From contig JAHLMP010000001.1 of the NCBI GenBank assembly GCA_018920315.1, forward strand, positions 68,206 to 132,205: 64,000 nucleotides of DNA, given 5' to 3'. This document shows, piece after piece, positions 54,984 to 64,000 of this stretch; the stretch's first letter is position 1; each line of letters begins with the position of its first letter. The position numbers and the translations under genes were made by a program. The stretch comes from Candidatus Aenigmatarchaeota archaeon (GTDB lineage Archaea > Aenigmatarchaeota > Aenigmatarchaeia > GW2011-AR5 > JAHLMP01). The notes under the pieces were generated by a model. That model searched no databases. It was not told the DNA's origin and was given only the letters and a program-made list of their open reading frames with translations.

Positions 54984-56243
54984 TCAACTTAAAAGCCACT
55001 TCCATAAAGGCTTGAAAACAATTCTTTTATTCTTAACTTTAATCTCGTCTTCATAATCCCATGTAATTACAAGCAGATCCTTGCACTTCAGCTCTTCACT
55101 TGCTTTGAGCAAAGCTTTTATTTCCCTTTTTTCTATCTCATCTTTACCGGAAGCATAGGTTACTTGAATTAATTGCTTTATTTTCAACCCTTCCTTCAAA
55201 ACAAAATCAACTTCCCCACTCAAAGCACTAAAATAATAAATTTCACAATTCTTAAACCTTCTTTTAAGTTCAAGAAAGACAACATTTTCCATCAACTTCC
55301 CCCAGTCTGTAGAAAATCTTGGAGAAAAGAATTTTATTAAACCATTATCCACGACATAAACTTTTTTCTGTGTTTTTATAGTTTCTTTTACTTTTCTTTC
55401 AAACTTTTCAACAGAAAAAATCAAGAAAACGTCTTCCAACATTTTTACAAACTCTATTACAGTATTTTTTGAAATTTTAATCCCAGAAGATGTTAATATG
55501 TTTTGCAGCTTGGAATAAGTGTAGTAAGAAGAAAAATTTGAAACTAAAACTTTTGTCAAGAATTCGAGTGTCTTAATTTTTTTCACTTTAAACCTTTCAA
55601 CTATATCCTTGTAAAAAACACCATCTTTTATCGAAATTAGTAAATCTTGATGAAGATGTGGCTTAAGAACAGTTTCTGGAAAACCTCCTTTTTCAATATA
55701 TTCGTTTAGCATTTTAAGCAAAACCCCCCTTTCGGTATAAATTGAAAACTTATCTTCTTCAAATCTCTTAGCTCTGAGAAATTCCTTGAAAGAAAAAGGA
55801 AAAACAAAAACACCTATAGCTCTCCCCCTTAATTGAGTGGCAATTTCTTTGCTCAAAAGCTTTGAAGAAGAACCTGTGAGAAAAATTCTATAACCTCTGT
55901 CATAAAGTTCTCTAATACCAATTGGCCAATCTTTCACAACTTGTATTTCATCCAAAAACAAATTTTTTGGTTTTTCTCCATAAAGTTCTTGATATGCAGT
56001 AATCATATCATTGAAATTTTTGGCAGACGCACCAATTAGGTTTCCTCTTTCAAAGTTTATGAAAAGACAATCTTTCTTACCCATTTCCTTAATTTTTTGA
56101 TAGAGCAAGTAAGTTTTTCCACTTCTTCTAGGCCCAACTATTGTTACAAGATTATGCTCAGGAATTTCTATTTCCCTTTCTACCAAATCAGGAAGTTCAT
56201 ATTTTTCGAATTCTGCTATAGCCGCCTTGAATTCCTCTTTCAT
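54984..56243 (-). CDS. AAA+ ATPase/DUF4143-type, paralog 5
   Basis: Walker A GPRRSGKT and Walker B LFLDEIQVV. The track start at 56264 is TTG inside the palindrome, so the ATG at 56243 (MKEEFKAAIAEF) is preferred. Confidence 0.78.
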   Translation of the reverse strand: MKEEFKAAIAEFEKYELPDLVEREIEIPEHNLVTIVGPRRSGKTYLLYQKIKEMGKKDCLFINFERGNLIGASAKNFNDMITAYQELYGEKPKNLFLDEIQVVKDWPIGIRELYDRGYRIFLTGSSSKLLSKEIATQLRGRAIGVFVFPFSFKEFLRAKRFEEDKFSIYTERGVLLKMLNEYIEKGGFPETVLKPHLHQDLLISIKDGVFYKDIVERFKVKKIKTLEFLTKVLVSNFSSYYTYSKLQNILTSSGIKISKNTVIEFVKMLEDVFLIFSVEKFERKVKETIKTQKKVYVVDNGLIKFFSPRFSTDWGKLMENVVFLELKRRFKNCEIYYFSALSGEVDFVLKEGLKIKQLIQVTYASGKDEIEKREIKALLKASEELKCKDLLVITWDYEDEIKVKNKRIVFKPLWKWLLS

Positions 56244-56250
56244 AATGTAT

Positions 56251-56290
56251 AGTATAGTGGACAAATATTTAAATTTTTGTCTAATATACT
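56251..56290 (-). promoter_or_regulatory. palindromic promoter/operator of paralog 5 (imperfect)
   Basis: 15-nt arms AGTATAGTGGACAAA / TTTGTCTAATATACT (2 mismatches) flank TATTTAAATT. The centre is ~27 nt upstream of the ATG at 56243. Confidence 0.45.
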
Positions 56291-56296
56291 ATTAGG

Positions 56297-56395
56297 TTAT
56301 TTTTCCAAAAGCCACTTCCATAAAGGCTTGAAAACAATTCTTTTATTATTCACTTTAACTTCATCTTTGTACTTCCATCTCGATCTCATAAGATA
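56297..56395 (-). pseudogene. 3'-terminal remnant of a sixth ATPase paralog
   Basis: Reverse translation gives ...RWKYKDEVKVNNKRIVFKPLWKWLLEK*, which matches the last ~30 aa of paralog 5 (VKNKRIVFKPLWKWLLS). The nucleotide string ccacttccataaaggcttgaaaacaattcttttatt is identical to that around 54995-55030. No upstream ATPase body is present. Confidence 0.7.
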
Positions 56396-56657
56396 CTTTT
56401 AGCGCAAAGCCCCTAAAAAATTAAACTATCAACAAATTCTAGAATTGCATGTGAATCAAAAAATATATGTTGTCAATTAAATTTCTACTTATCTCTTTTA
56501 CAATTCTTCTCTTTTTCTCTGAGTTGTAAAAATCTTATAGTAAGCTAGACTTATAGTCACCATGAAATTAAATTATTATAAAAATTTTGAAAATTTTCAA
56601 ATATTTAAAATCTCATTTGCAAAACAATACATGAATAAAACTTATTTTATATTCGAT

Positions 56658-57959
56658 CTACTTTTTAATCTCCCTTAAAAAATTGCTTGCGATCCTTTCT
56701 ATTCTTTCAAGGAAATCTTTTTTGATATTTCTCTTAAAAGTTGAGAATAAGATTAAATATAATGTGGCAGATTCTTCTATGTAGCGAAGTGGTTGAAATG
56801 TTGTGTTAATCTTAACATCAACAGCACCTTTTCTTTCAGATAACTCGCTGAGAAAGCCTAAACAACCAAATCTTAGAATAAAAGAAAGAATGAGAACATT
56901 AAATATTCCAAAATTTTGAGCGAGAAAGCCGCCAACTAGATTTCCTAAAATTGTTGCAAGCTCTATAGAAGAGTTGTAAGTAGAAGTTATTTGAAAAACA
57001 TTGCTCTTTTTTGCAAAGTCAGAAAAATATGAAAAGCTTGCAATCTCAAAACCAGCCCAACCAAGAGAGCCAAAAACAATGAGAAAGTAGAGAAGCGTCA
57101 CACTTGGTGTTATAGCATAAAATAAAGGTATTGTAGAGATAAGCAAAACGCAAGAAAGCATAGTAATCTTTCTTCCAATAAAATCAACTACAACTCCCCA
57201 TGGCTTATAAAAAATAATGTAAGTTAAAGAGCTCATTAATGAAATTATTGCAACATCTATTGTATTGCCTTTAAGTGCAGTAACTACATAAATAGAAAGG
57301 AATGGAGCAGCTAATCCAACTGCAAAATTTAGAAAGGCTCTCCCTGAAAGCAATAGCTTAAAATCTCTATTTGATTTTTCCTCAAACTTTTGTTTTGGAA
57401 ATATAATAAAATTTTCTTTCACTCCTTTTATTGAAAAGAATTGCAAAGCTGCAAAAATTCCGAAAATTGTCGGAATTAAAAATATTGCTTGTATAAATCC
57501 ATAATTCTTTATTAAATACCCTGATATGATAGTTGCAAACATAGAACCAAGAACGCTTCTTCTGTTTATCTCGGCTATTATTCTACCTCTTTTGTAAGAA
57601 GGTATTGTATTAACTAGTAAAGCTGTCCAAGAGAGTGTAATGGCAGCAGAGAATATCGCTTGCACTGCTAAAAATAAAATAAGTTCATAAGCATTAGAGC
57701 TTTTTCCTATGAGAATCCACATTAATGCCCAAGTAATTGTTGATAATAATAGTGCAAACCTTCCAGAGAATTTTCTTCGCTTTAATAAGTAAAAGCTAAT
57801 AATAAGCTGCATTACTATATAAGAAAATTGTATAACTGCATTTAGGTAGCCTATAATAAGATTTGATGCTCCTAAGAATAAAGCAAAGACTGAGATGAAA
57901 GGAGATATAAAGCCTGAAGAGAATGCTCTGAAAAATTCAAAGCGATAAAATCTTTTCAT
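56658..57959 (-). CDS. MFS-type transporter
   Basis: 433 aa with ~12 hydrophobic helices in a 6+6 arrangement and a central loop. Confidence 0.65.
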   Translation of the reverse strand: MKRFYRFEFFRAFSSGFISPFISVFALFLGASNLIIGYLNAVIQFSYIVMQLIISFYLLKRRKFSGRFALLLSTITWALMWILIGKSSNAYELILFLAVQAIFSAAITLSWTALLVNTIPSYKRGRIIAEINRRSVLGSMFATIISGYLIKNYGFIQAIFLIPTIFGIFAALQFFSIKGVKENFIIFPKQKFEEKSNRDFKLLLSGRAFLNFAVGLAAPFLSIYVVTALKGNTIDVAIISLMSSLTYIIFYKPWGVVVDFIGRKITMLSCVLLISTIPLFYAITPSVTLLYFLIVFGSLGWAGFEIASFSYFSDFAKKSNVFQITSTYNSSIELATILGNLVGGFLAQNFGIFNVLILSFILRFGCLGFLSELSERKGAVDVKINTTFQPLRYIEESATLYLILFSTFKRNIKKDFLERIERIASNFLREIKK

Positions 57960-58013
57960 GTGAATTCTTTTGTTTTAATTAAGATTTAAAGTTTTCGAAT
58001 AATAGCTTTTACA

Positions 58014-58487
58014 ATGCTTTCAGAAATTTATAATAGAATTTATAATAATAAAAGAAAAGAAAAATTAGAATTATATTTGAGTCCGGAGATTGAAGATCAT
58101 TATTCAAAAATTTTGAAGGATATCGAAACTGGAAGAAAAGAGGCTAACAATACTCTTTCTGATTTTTTGAACTTTAGCTTAGATATTCCATATCCTAAAA
58201 TGATTAGCGTAGAAAAACTTCCAATAATAAAATATAAAGGAAGGTTTTATCCAATTCTTGGAGAAGAAGATGGGGAATTTATAAGAATAAATAAGGCATT
58301 CTACACTACAGATTTCTTTCCTTTAATTATTGACTTTGATGAAAATGCTATTTACACATTACCAATTTATTATAGACTTAAAGATGATCTCGCCTATACC
58401 ACAATATCTCATGAGTTCTTGCATCATGCATTAAGAGATAGAATGATAAATGAAGCTTTGGTGCATAAGCTTTCTAAAAATAAGTGA
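58014..58487 (+). CDS. hypothetical protein with HExxH motif (possible Zn-metallopeptidase-like)
   Basis: 157 aa. TTISHEFLHHALRD contains HEFLH. There is no other support. Confidence 0.3.
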   Translation: MLSEIYNRIYNNKRKEKLELYLSPEIEDHYSKILKDIETGRKEANNTLSDFLNFSLDIPYPKMISVEKLPIIKYKGRFYPILGEEDGEFIRINKAFYTTDFFPLIIDFDENAIYTLPIYYRLKDDLAYTTISHEFLHHALRDRMINEALVHKLSKNK

Positions 58488-58602
58488 ATAAAGTAATAAA
58501 AACGCAAGAGACGAAAAGAAAGCTAAAGAATAGATAAAGAGCAAGAATATATTTTCAAAACTCTTAAAATTAGTTTATATTTCTTATATCTAAATTTTTA
58601 TC

Positions 58603-59769
58603 ATGATAGAGATTGCTATTGTAGGAAAACCCAACGCTGGAAAAAGCACTTTTCTAAAGGCTGCGACTCTTGCTGATGTTAAAATAGCAAGCTATCCTTT
58701 TACAACTATAAATCCTAATTTCGCAATTGGTTATGTAACTACGAAATGTGTTTGCAAAGAGCTTGGATTAAATTGTAACAATTGCATAAATGGCATTAGA
58801 TTCATTCCAATAAAATTGATAGACGTTCCTGGTCTAGTTCCAGGAGCTCATAAAGGCAGAGGCTTAGGTAATAAATTTCTCGATGACCTTAGACAAGCAC
58901 AAGCATTTATTCATGTTGTAGACTTTTCTGGGCTCACAGATAATGAAGGCAATCCAACAAGAAATCATAACCCTCTTGAAGATATAAAATTTCTTGAAAG
59001 CGAGATTGATGAATGGCTGCTTTCAATTATACTAAGAGCATTGGAAAGATATTTCAAAACAAGGAAGAGGAGCGAGTTTGAAAAGATTGACGAGCTATCG
59101 AGCTTAATAGCAAAGCAACTTACTGGCTTAGGAATAAATGAAACTATTATAAAATCTTGTTTGCTTGAACTAAAAGAAGAGTTAAAAGAAGATAATCTAC
59201 GAGAGTTTGCAACTTCTCTTAGAAAAATGGCAAAACCAATGTTAATAGCAGCAAACAAAATTGATATAGAGGAAGCGAAAGAAAATTACTTTAAATTAAA
59301 GGATAAGATAGATTATCCAATAATTCCTTGCTCTGCAGATTATGAACTAGCTTTAAGGATTGCCAGCAAGAATGAAATTATAGATTATCTTCCAGGAGAT
59401 AACGATTTTAAAATAAAAGGTAATTTGAGTGAAAAGCAAATTGCTGCTTTAGAAAAGATAAGAAAGATGCTTATGGAATTTGGCTCTACTGGTGTGCAGG
59501 CTTGCTTGAACAAGATCGTTTTTGATTTGTTAAATTATATAGTAGTTTATCCTGTTGAAAATGAAAACAAATTTTCTGATAAAAAAGGAAATATTTTGCC
59601 AGATGCATTTCTACTTCCTAAGGAGGCAAAACCAATTGACCTTGCTTTTACAATCCATAGCAATCTTGGAGAAAATTTTATCTGCGCGATAGATGCAAAA
59701 ACTAAGCAAAGGGTTGCAAGTGATTATAATCTTAAGAACAATGATATTATAAAAATTGTAACAAGATAA
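58603..59769 (+). CDS. Obg-family GTPase/ATPase (YchF/DRG-like) with C-terminal TGS domain
   Basis: G1 GKPNAGKST, G2 YPFTT, G3 DVPGLV, G4 NKID, and the C-terminal ...NNDIIKIVTR. Confidence 0.85.
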   Translation: MIEIAIVGKPNAGKSTFLKAATLADVKIASYPFTTINPNFAIGYVTTKCVCKELGLNCNNCINGIRFIPIKLIDVPGLVPGAHKGRGLGNKFLDDLRQAQAFIHVVDFSGLTDNEGNPTRNHNPLEDIKFLESEIDEWLLSIILRALERYFKTRKRSEFEKIDELSSLIAKQLTGLGINETIIKSCLLELKEELKEDNLREFATSLRKMAKPMLIAANKIDIEEAKENYFKLKDKIDYPIIPCSADYELALRIASKNEIIDYLPGDNDFKIKGNLSEKQIAALEKIRKMLMEFGSTGVQACLNKIVFDLLNYIVVYPVENENKFSDKKGNILPDAFLLPKEAKPIDLAFTIHSNLGENFICAIDAKTKQRVASDYNLKNNDIIKIVTR

Positions 59770-59777
59770 AATTATTT

Positions 59778-61499
59778 ATGAAAAAGAGCGGAAGAAAGGA
59801 AAAAAGAAAAAACGATAATATTTATGCAATAGAAAATGTTTATGAAGAATGTAAGAAAATATTAAAAAAGTCTAAGCTTGTTAAGCATGTTGAAAAAATA
59901 AAATTAGAAACACCAAAGGAAAGAATAAATGCAGATCTAGCTATTCCTTGTTTCTCTTTAAGCAAGAAGCCAATTGAGCTTGCGCTAAAGCTTGCTGAAT
60001 TTTTCAACAAATATAAAGGAAAAAGATTAATAAAAAAAGCTGAAGCTATTGGGCCTTATCTAAACCTTCAAATTAATTATGAGAATTTTGCAAAAAATGT
60101 AATTGAAGATGTTATAAAGATGCAAGAATATTATGGAGCTAGAAATGAAGGTGGGGGCAAGATAGTAATAATAGATTATTCTTCTCCGAATGTTGCAAAG
60201 CCCATGAGTATAGCTCATTTAAGATCAACTATAATAGGACAATCTTTGTATAATATATTAACATTTCTTGGTTACAGATGCATAGGAGATAATCATCTTG
60301 GTGACATTGGCACGCAGTTCGGAAAGCTTATAGTTGCTTATAAGCTATGGGGTAATAAAGATAGAGTAGAAAAAGAGCCAATAAAAGAGCTTATGAATCT
60401 ATATGTAAGATTTCATAGAGAATCGAATGAAAGATTAGAAGAGCTTGCAAGAGATTACTCTAAAAAGATGGAAGAAGGTGATGAAGAAGCTTTAGCAATA
60501 TGGAAATGGATCGTAGATCTTAGTAAGAAAGAATTTAACAAAATCTACGAGATGCTTAGAATAAAATTTGATCTTGAGCTTGGAGAAAGCTTTTACTTAA
60601 GTATGACTAAAGAGGTTATAGAAGATGCTATAAGAAAAGGAATTGCGAAAGAATCTGAGAATGCTTTAGTTATTGAGTTTGAAGACATGCCAAGCCTTTT
60701 AATTCAGCGTTCAGACAAAGGAAGTTTATATCAAACTAGAGATCTAGCAACAATAAAATATAGAAAGAAAAGATTCGATTTTTACAAATGCTTATATGTC
60801 GTTGGCTCTGAGCAAAAACTTTATTTTAAACAGCTATTCAAAGCTGCGGAAATGCTTGGATATATAAAGAAAGACGAATGCGTTCACGTTGATTTTGGAC
60901 TCATGAGATTAAAAGAAGGAAAATTGTCAACAAGGGAAGGAAGGGTTATTTTGTTAGAAGATCTGATAAAAAATGCTATAGAGCTTTCTAAATCACTTAT
61001 AAAAGAGGCTAAAAACGAGGAAGAGAAAGATGAGATAGCGAAAAAGGTTGGAATTGGAGCTATAATATTTAATGATTTGAAAGAAGATCGCATAAAAGAC
61101 GTTGTTTTTGATTGGGAAAAAGCATTGAGCATGGAAGGCGATTCTTGTCCTTATGTTCAATACGCTTGCGTAAGGGCAAAGTCTATCATCGAGAAATATG
61201 GAAGGGAAATATCAGCAAAAGGTTTGAAATTTAAAAACCTTGAAGAGGAGGAAAAGCTCTTGATAAGGAGAATAGCAGATTTTCCAAAGATTATTTTGAT
61301 AGCTGCAAATAGTTACAAACCTCACTACATAGCTCAATATCTTTTAGATGTTGCAGACGCTTTTAACAAGTTTTATGAGAAGCACAAAGTAATAGGTAGT
61401 GAAAAGGAAAAAGAAAGAGTAGCAATTGTTAAAGCAGCCTATATTACTCTAAAGGTCGGACTAAAGCTTTTGAATATAGAATTACCTGAAAAAATGTAA
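59778..61499 (+). CDS. argS: arginyl-tRNA synthetase
   Basis: SSPNVAKPMSIAHLRSTIIG (HIGH-region variant typical of ArgRS) and a C-terminal DALR anticodon-binding region; 573 aa. Confidence 0.9.
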   Translation: MKKSGRKEKRKNDNIYAIENVYEECKKILKKSKLVKHVEKIKLETPKERINADLAIPCFSLSKKPIELALKLAEFFNKYKGKRLIKKAEAIGPYLNLQINYENFAKNVIEDVIKMQEYYGARNEGGGKIVIIDYSSPNVAKPMSIAHLRSTIIGQSLYNILTFLGYRCIGDNHLGDIGTQFGKLIVAYKLWGNKDRVEKEPIKELMNLYVRFHRESNERLEELARDYSKKMEEGDEEALAIWKWIVDLSKKEFNKIYEMLRIKFDLELGESFYLSMTKEVIEDAIRKGIAKESENALVIEFEDMPSLLIQRSDKGSLYQTRDLATIKYRKKRFDFYKCLYVVGSEQKLYFKQLFKAAEMLGYIKKDECVHVDFGLMRLKEGKLSTREGRVILLEDLIKNAIELSKSLIKEAKNEEEKDEIAKKVGIGAIIFNDLKEDRIKDVVFDWEKALSMEGDSCPYVQYACVRAKSIIEKYGREISAKGLKFKNLEEEEKLLIRRIADFPKIILIAANSYKPHYIAQYLLDVADAFNKFYEKHKVIGSEKEKERVAIVKAAYITLKVGLKLLNIELPEKM

Positions 61500-61549
61500 A
61501 GAATTTTTATTATAGAATTCTATAGGTTATTAGTTTTTTCTTAGTGTTT

Positions 61550-62332
61550 TCAAATTCTATAATCTAAGCTTCTTTTGAAACATTCTCTAAAATAATCCAA
61601 CATGGTTACTGACATTCTTCTGCTAAATGAATTTCTAATCCCTTCCTCTATTATATTTCGAATCGTTTCTTTCTCATCCTCTTCTACGCTCATTATCTCA
61701 GAAAGATTATTTAAAATAATTTGCGGGTTAGAAGAACGAAATATATCTTTTCTTTTTGCATTTTTTGCTGTAGTTCTCAAAGCATAATAAAATGCTCTTT
61801 TGTAATTTTCATTACTCTCATCCAAACCTTCTAGTTTTTTTATATTTGCATTATAAAACGAAGATTTATAAAAATTACAATTAATTGCTTTAACTTCATC
61901 TAAAGTAGAACCATCAAAGCGCGCTTTGCTCATGTTTGAATAGCTTAGGTCAACTCTCTTCATTCGAGTATACTCAAAATTGCTAAATGGCGCATAAACT
62001 TCTCTAAAATCCACATCTACAAATATTCCATAAGAGAGATTTGCGTATGGTATTCTTGCTCTATTAAAAGTAGATCTCCTTGCAACTAAATGTGGTAGCC
62101 AAAGCGAAATTCTTTCGGCCTTAATTCCACTTAAATCAGAATTCTCTAAGTTTATTTTTTCCGTTTGTTTGTTTTCAATAAAATATAAATTAAGGTTCAA
62201 CATCAACTCAAAATCCTTATCGAAGTTATAGCCTTTTATGCTTACGTCTCTAAAATCTCTTTCTCCTTTCATTATCTTCTTTATAAACTCTTCGCCACTC
62301 ATTCTAATTTTTTCTGTCATTTTTGCACCCAT
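61550..62332 (-). CDS. pentapeptide-repeat protein
   Basis: Consecutive A(D/N)LxX-like pentads (NLENSDLSGIKAERISL..., ANLSYGIFVDVDFREVYAPFSNFEYTRMKRVDLSYSNMSKARFDGSTL). The track start at 62353 is TTG, so the ATG at 62332 or 62320 is more likely. Confidence 0.55.
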   Translation of the reverse strand: MGAKMTEKIRMSGEEFIKKIMKGERDFRDVSIKGYNFDKDFELMLNLNLYFIENKQTEKINLENSDLSGIKAERISLWLPHLVARRSTFNRARIPYANLSYGIFVDVDFREVYAPFSNFEYTRMKRVDLSYSNMSKARFDGSTLDEVKAINCNFYKSSFYNANIKKLEGLDESNENYKRAFYYALRTTAKNAKRKDIFRSSNPQIILNNLSEIMSVEEDEKETIRNIIEEGIRNSFSRRMSVTMLDYFRECFKRSLDYRI

Positions 62333-62457
62333 GAAAAATATCGAACAAAACAATTTAAATTTTTCTAATATCTCTTGCTATTTTCTAGATTTTATGAAAA
62401 TTTTAATCCATGCTATTAATTCAAACTATTTAAAAGTATTCATCAATTATAATAAAT

Positions 62458-62715
62458 ATGCTCAAGATAAGAGGAGAACAATTTATAGGAAAATTTGTGA
62501 TAAGCGAGGAAACAGGAAGAAAGTTTGGGACAGTGAGCGATTTTAAATTTATTGTAGAATCAGGAGAACTTCTAAGCCTTCTTTTGAGCGAGGTTACAAG
62601 CTATGCAAAAGAGGTTGGAATAGAGCAAGATGAAAAAGGAAGATTCATGATTCCATTCTCTACAGTAAAGTCTGTTGGAGATTTCATAATAATAAGCGAA
62701 AGAGAGTTAGTGTAA
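62458..62715 (+). CDS. PRC-barrel domain protein
   Basis: 85 aa; GKFVISEETGRKFGTVSDFKFIVESGELLSLLL...IPFSTVKSVGDFIIISE is the PRC-barrel pattern. Confidence 0.6.
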   Translation: MLKIRGEQFIGKFVISEETGRKFGTVSDFKFIVESGELLSLLLSEVTSYAKEVGIEQDEKGRFMIPFSTVKSVGDFIIISERELV

Positions 62716-62735
62716 CTGCTTAATCAACGATTTGC

Positions 62736-63023
62736 TCAGCCTAACAAATAGGCAAGAAGTAAGCAAATCGCTCCTATTAGATAAGTGAAGAAGTAGCCTG
62801 CAATAATTCTTGGTATTATTGTTTGCAATCTTTTATTTTTTGATAAAACGCTTTCAAACTTCTTTACGCCCGGAATTTTTAGTATTATTTTATGGATTGG
62901 TTCTACTACCTTTTCAGGAAGAATTAATCCTATTCCTAAAGCAACTAGAAATTGTGATCCAAAATCTGGAACAAAAAAATTCGTGAAAAAAAGCCCAATT
63001 GTAATTAGCACTTCTTTAAGCAT
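62736..63023 (-). CDS. small membrane protein, unknown function
   Basis: 95 aa with 3 hydrophobic helices. Confidence 0.35.
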   Translation of the reverse strand: MLKEVLITIGLFFTNFFVPDFGSQFLVALGIGLILPEKVVEPIHKIILKIPGVKKFESVLSKNKRLQTIIPRIIAGYFFTYLIGAICLLLAYLLG

Positions 63024-63215
63024 ATTTATTCAATTTTTAACCCTGAAATAAAAAGCTTTATTTGCAAATTCTGCAAGCTTAGATAGATTTTTAACCTCAG
63101 ATTTTTGCTTAGTTTTTCTATAAAATTGTAACTATCTAAAGATAGTTACAAATATTAAAATTTAAATATTTTAAAAACAATAAAGTAAGAATTAAAATTT
63201 GCAAAAGGTGAGAAA

Positions 63216-63596
63216 ATGGAAGATTTGAATCCAAATATACAAAATCATTTTTTATATGAAGGTTTGCCTGAGATTTATAACAGTGATCTTGCACAAAATT
63301 CATCTAAACTCAATAAAAATGAAAATTTCGCAAACGAAAATTGCATAAGTGATTTCGACTTAAGAATTCTTTTAGAAATAGCAAAGCAAGAAGAAGATAA
63401 AGGAAATTTTGAGCATGCTGCCGTAGCATATAAATTTGCTGATAGATTTGGTGATTATCTTAGATGCATGGACGTAGCGATAAGAATAGCTGAAGAAGAA
63501 AAAGATTATCATAGAGCAACTATACTGGCTGAGCAAATTGCAAGCGAAGATGTAGTAGAAACATATAGAAGGCTTGAGAGATTGAAAAGCATTTAA
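63216..63596 (+). CDS. hypothetical helical protein
   Basis: A 126-aa ORF with a clean ATG and an upstream GGTGAG. No motif is recognised. Confidence 0.35.
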   Translation: MEDLNPNIQNHFLYEGLPEIYNSDLAQNSSKLNKNENFANENCISDFDLRILLEIAKQEEDKGNFEHAAVAYKFADRFGDYLRCMDVAIRIAEEEKDYHRATILAEQIASEDVVETYRRLERLKSI

Positions 63597-63605
63597 TGAA
63601 ATTGA

Positions 63606-64000
63606 TTATATTGTAGTTGTCGTTATTGGAATCTCTACTGGCTTTGTCACAGCGATTACAGTATCAAAGAATGTTTTATTTATTATTATGGTATAATTAT
63701 ACCTTGGTCTTTCTCCTGCGACTCTAGCTAATAAGCTTAACAAATCATCTTTCATTGAGGGCGTTCCTATGTAAGTCATAAAAGTATTACAACTTATCTT
63801 TCTGCAATTTGGTGCTTCATTAAAAAACTGATAACAAAAATATTTTCCTAAACCAATTTTATTCTCAGAAATAAGAACGGAAACTTTGTCAGGAGGCTCT
63901 TCGTCGCTATAATTTGAAACATATACTGCTCTTATGCTTTCTGGCAAAGAAATTTTGTAATAATAAGTTTCTCCTATTCCTCCTACTAAGCAAGTTCTTT
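63606..64000 (-). CDS. hypothetical protein, 5' end beyond right edge
   Basis: The track ORF starts at a TTG (63947), but the frame stays open to base 64000 (...RTCLVGGIGETYYYKISLPESIRAVY...). The C-terminus ends in ITTTTI. Confidence 0.4.
   Translation of the reverse strand, partial: RTCLVGGIGETYYYKISLPESIRAVYVSNYSDEEPPDKVSVLISENKIGLGKYFCYQFFNEAPNCRKISCNTFMTYIGTPSMKDDLLSLLARVAGERPRYNYTIIINKTFFDTVIAVTKPVEIPITTTTI

Noticed and set aside
49231-56395. CRISPR array or integron-like cassette array, suggested by periodic conserved segments and palindromes
   Set aside because: The repeat period is ~1.3-1.5 kb and the repeats are the coding 3' ends of full-length ATPase genes, so this is not a CRISPR array. 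No cas genes, integrase or attI-like site is present. The palindromes sit at promoter distance from each ATG rather than behaving like attC sites at cassette 3' ends.
1-64000. tRNA, rRNA, RNase P, SRP or C/D-box RNA genes in the intergenic gaps
   Set aside because: I scanned every gap over 60 nt by eye for GC-rich cloverleaf-sized segments or box motifs. The only GC-rich structured segments are the three leader copies, which do not fit tRNA or C/D-box patterns. A formal tRNAscan-SE/Infernal run is still needed.

Overview
The window is a very AT-rich archaeal chromosome segment. Markers include RNA polymerase A'/B/H, FEN1, GatE, deoxyhypusine synthase, a PAC2 chaperone and an archaeal-type CMP kinase. 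I found no rRNA, tRNA, CRISPR array, transposase or integrase.

Bases 1-29.9 kb and 56.6-64 kb are ordinary housekeeping genes: rpoH-rpoB-rpoA', PGI/PMI, a sugar kinase, HIT, gatE, fen, map, a class I GAPDH, glyS, argS, an ABC exporter and a radical-SAM enzyme.

Two accessory regions stand out.

(1) 29.9-48.5 kb is an ~18.5 kb block, entirely on the minus strand. It encodes 11 secreted or membrane-anchored proteins that are Cys-rich, carry Thr-rich linkers, and reach 1443 aa. They are built from shuffled modules. A thrice-repeated GC-rich structured element sits directly in front of three start codons, and a recurrent upstream motif also punctuates the block.

(2) 49.2-56.4 kb holds five tandem AAA+/DUF4143-type (COG1373-like) ATPase paralogs plus a 3' remnant of a sixth. 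Their N-terminal regions are divergent, but their 3' ends are near-identical and mosaic at the nucleotide level. Each gene has its own palindrome straddling a TATA-like box about 24-28 nt upstream of its ATG.

Gene content and the giant surface proteins fit a small-genome, DPANN-like episymbiont, but that is inference only. All calls rest on reading the sequence and remembered family motifs. No searches were run.
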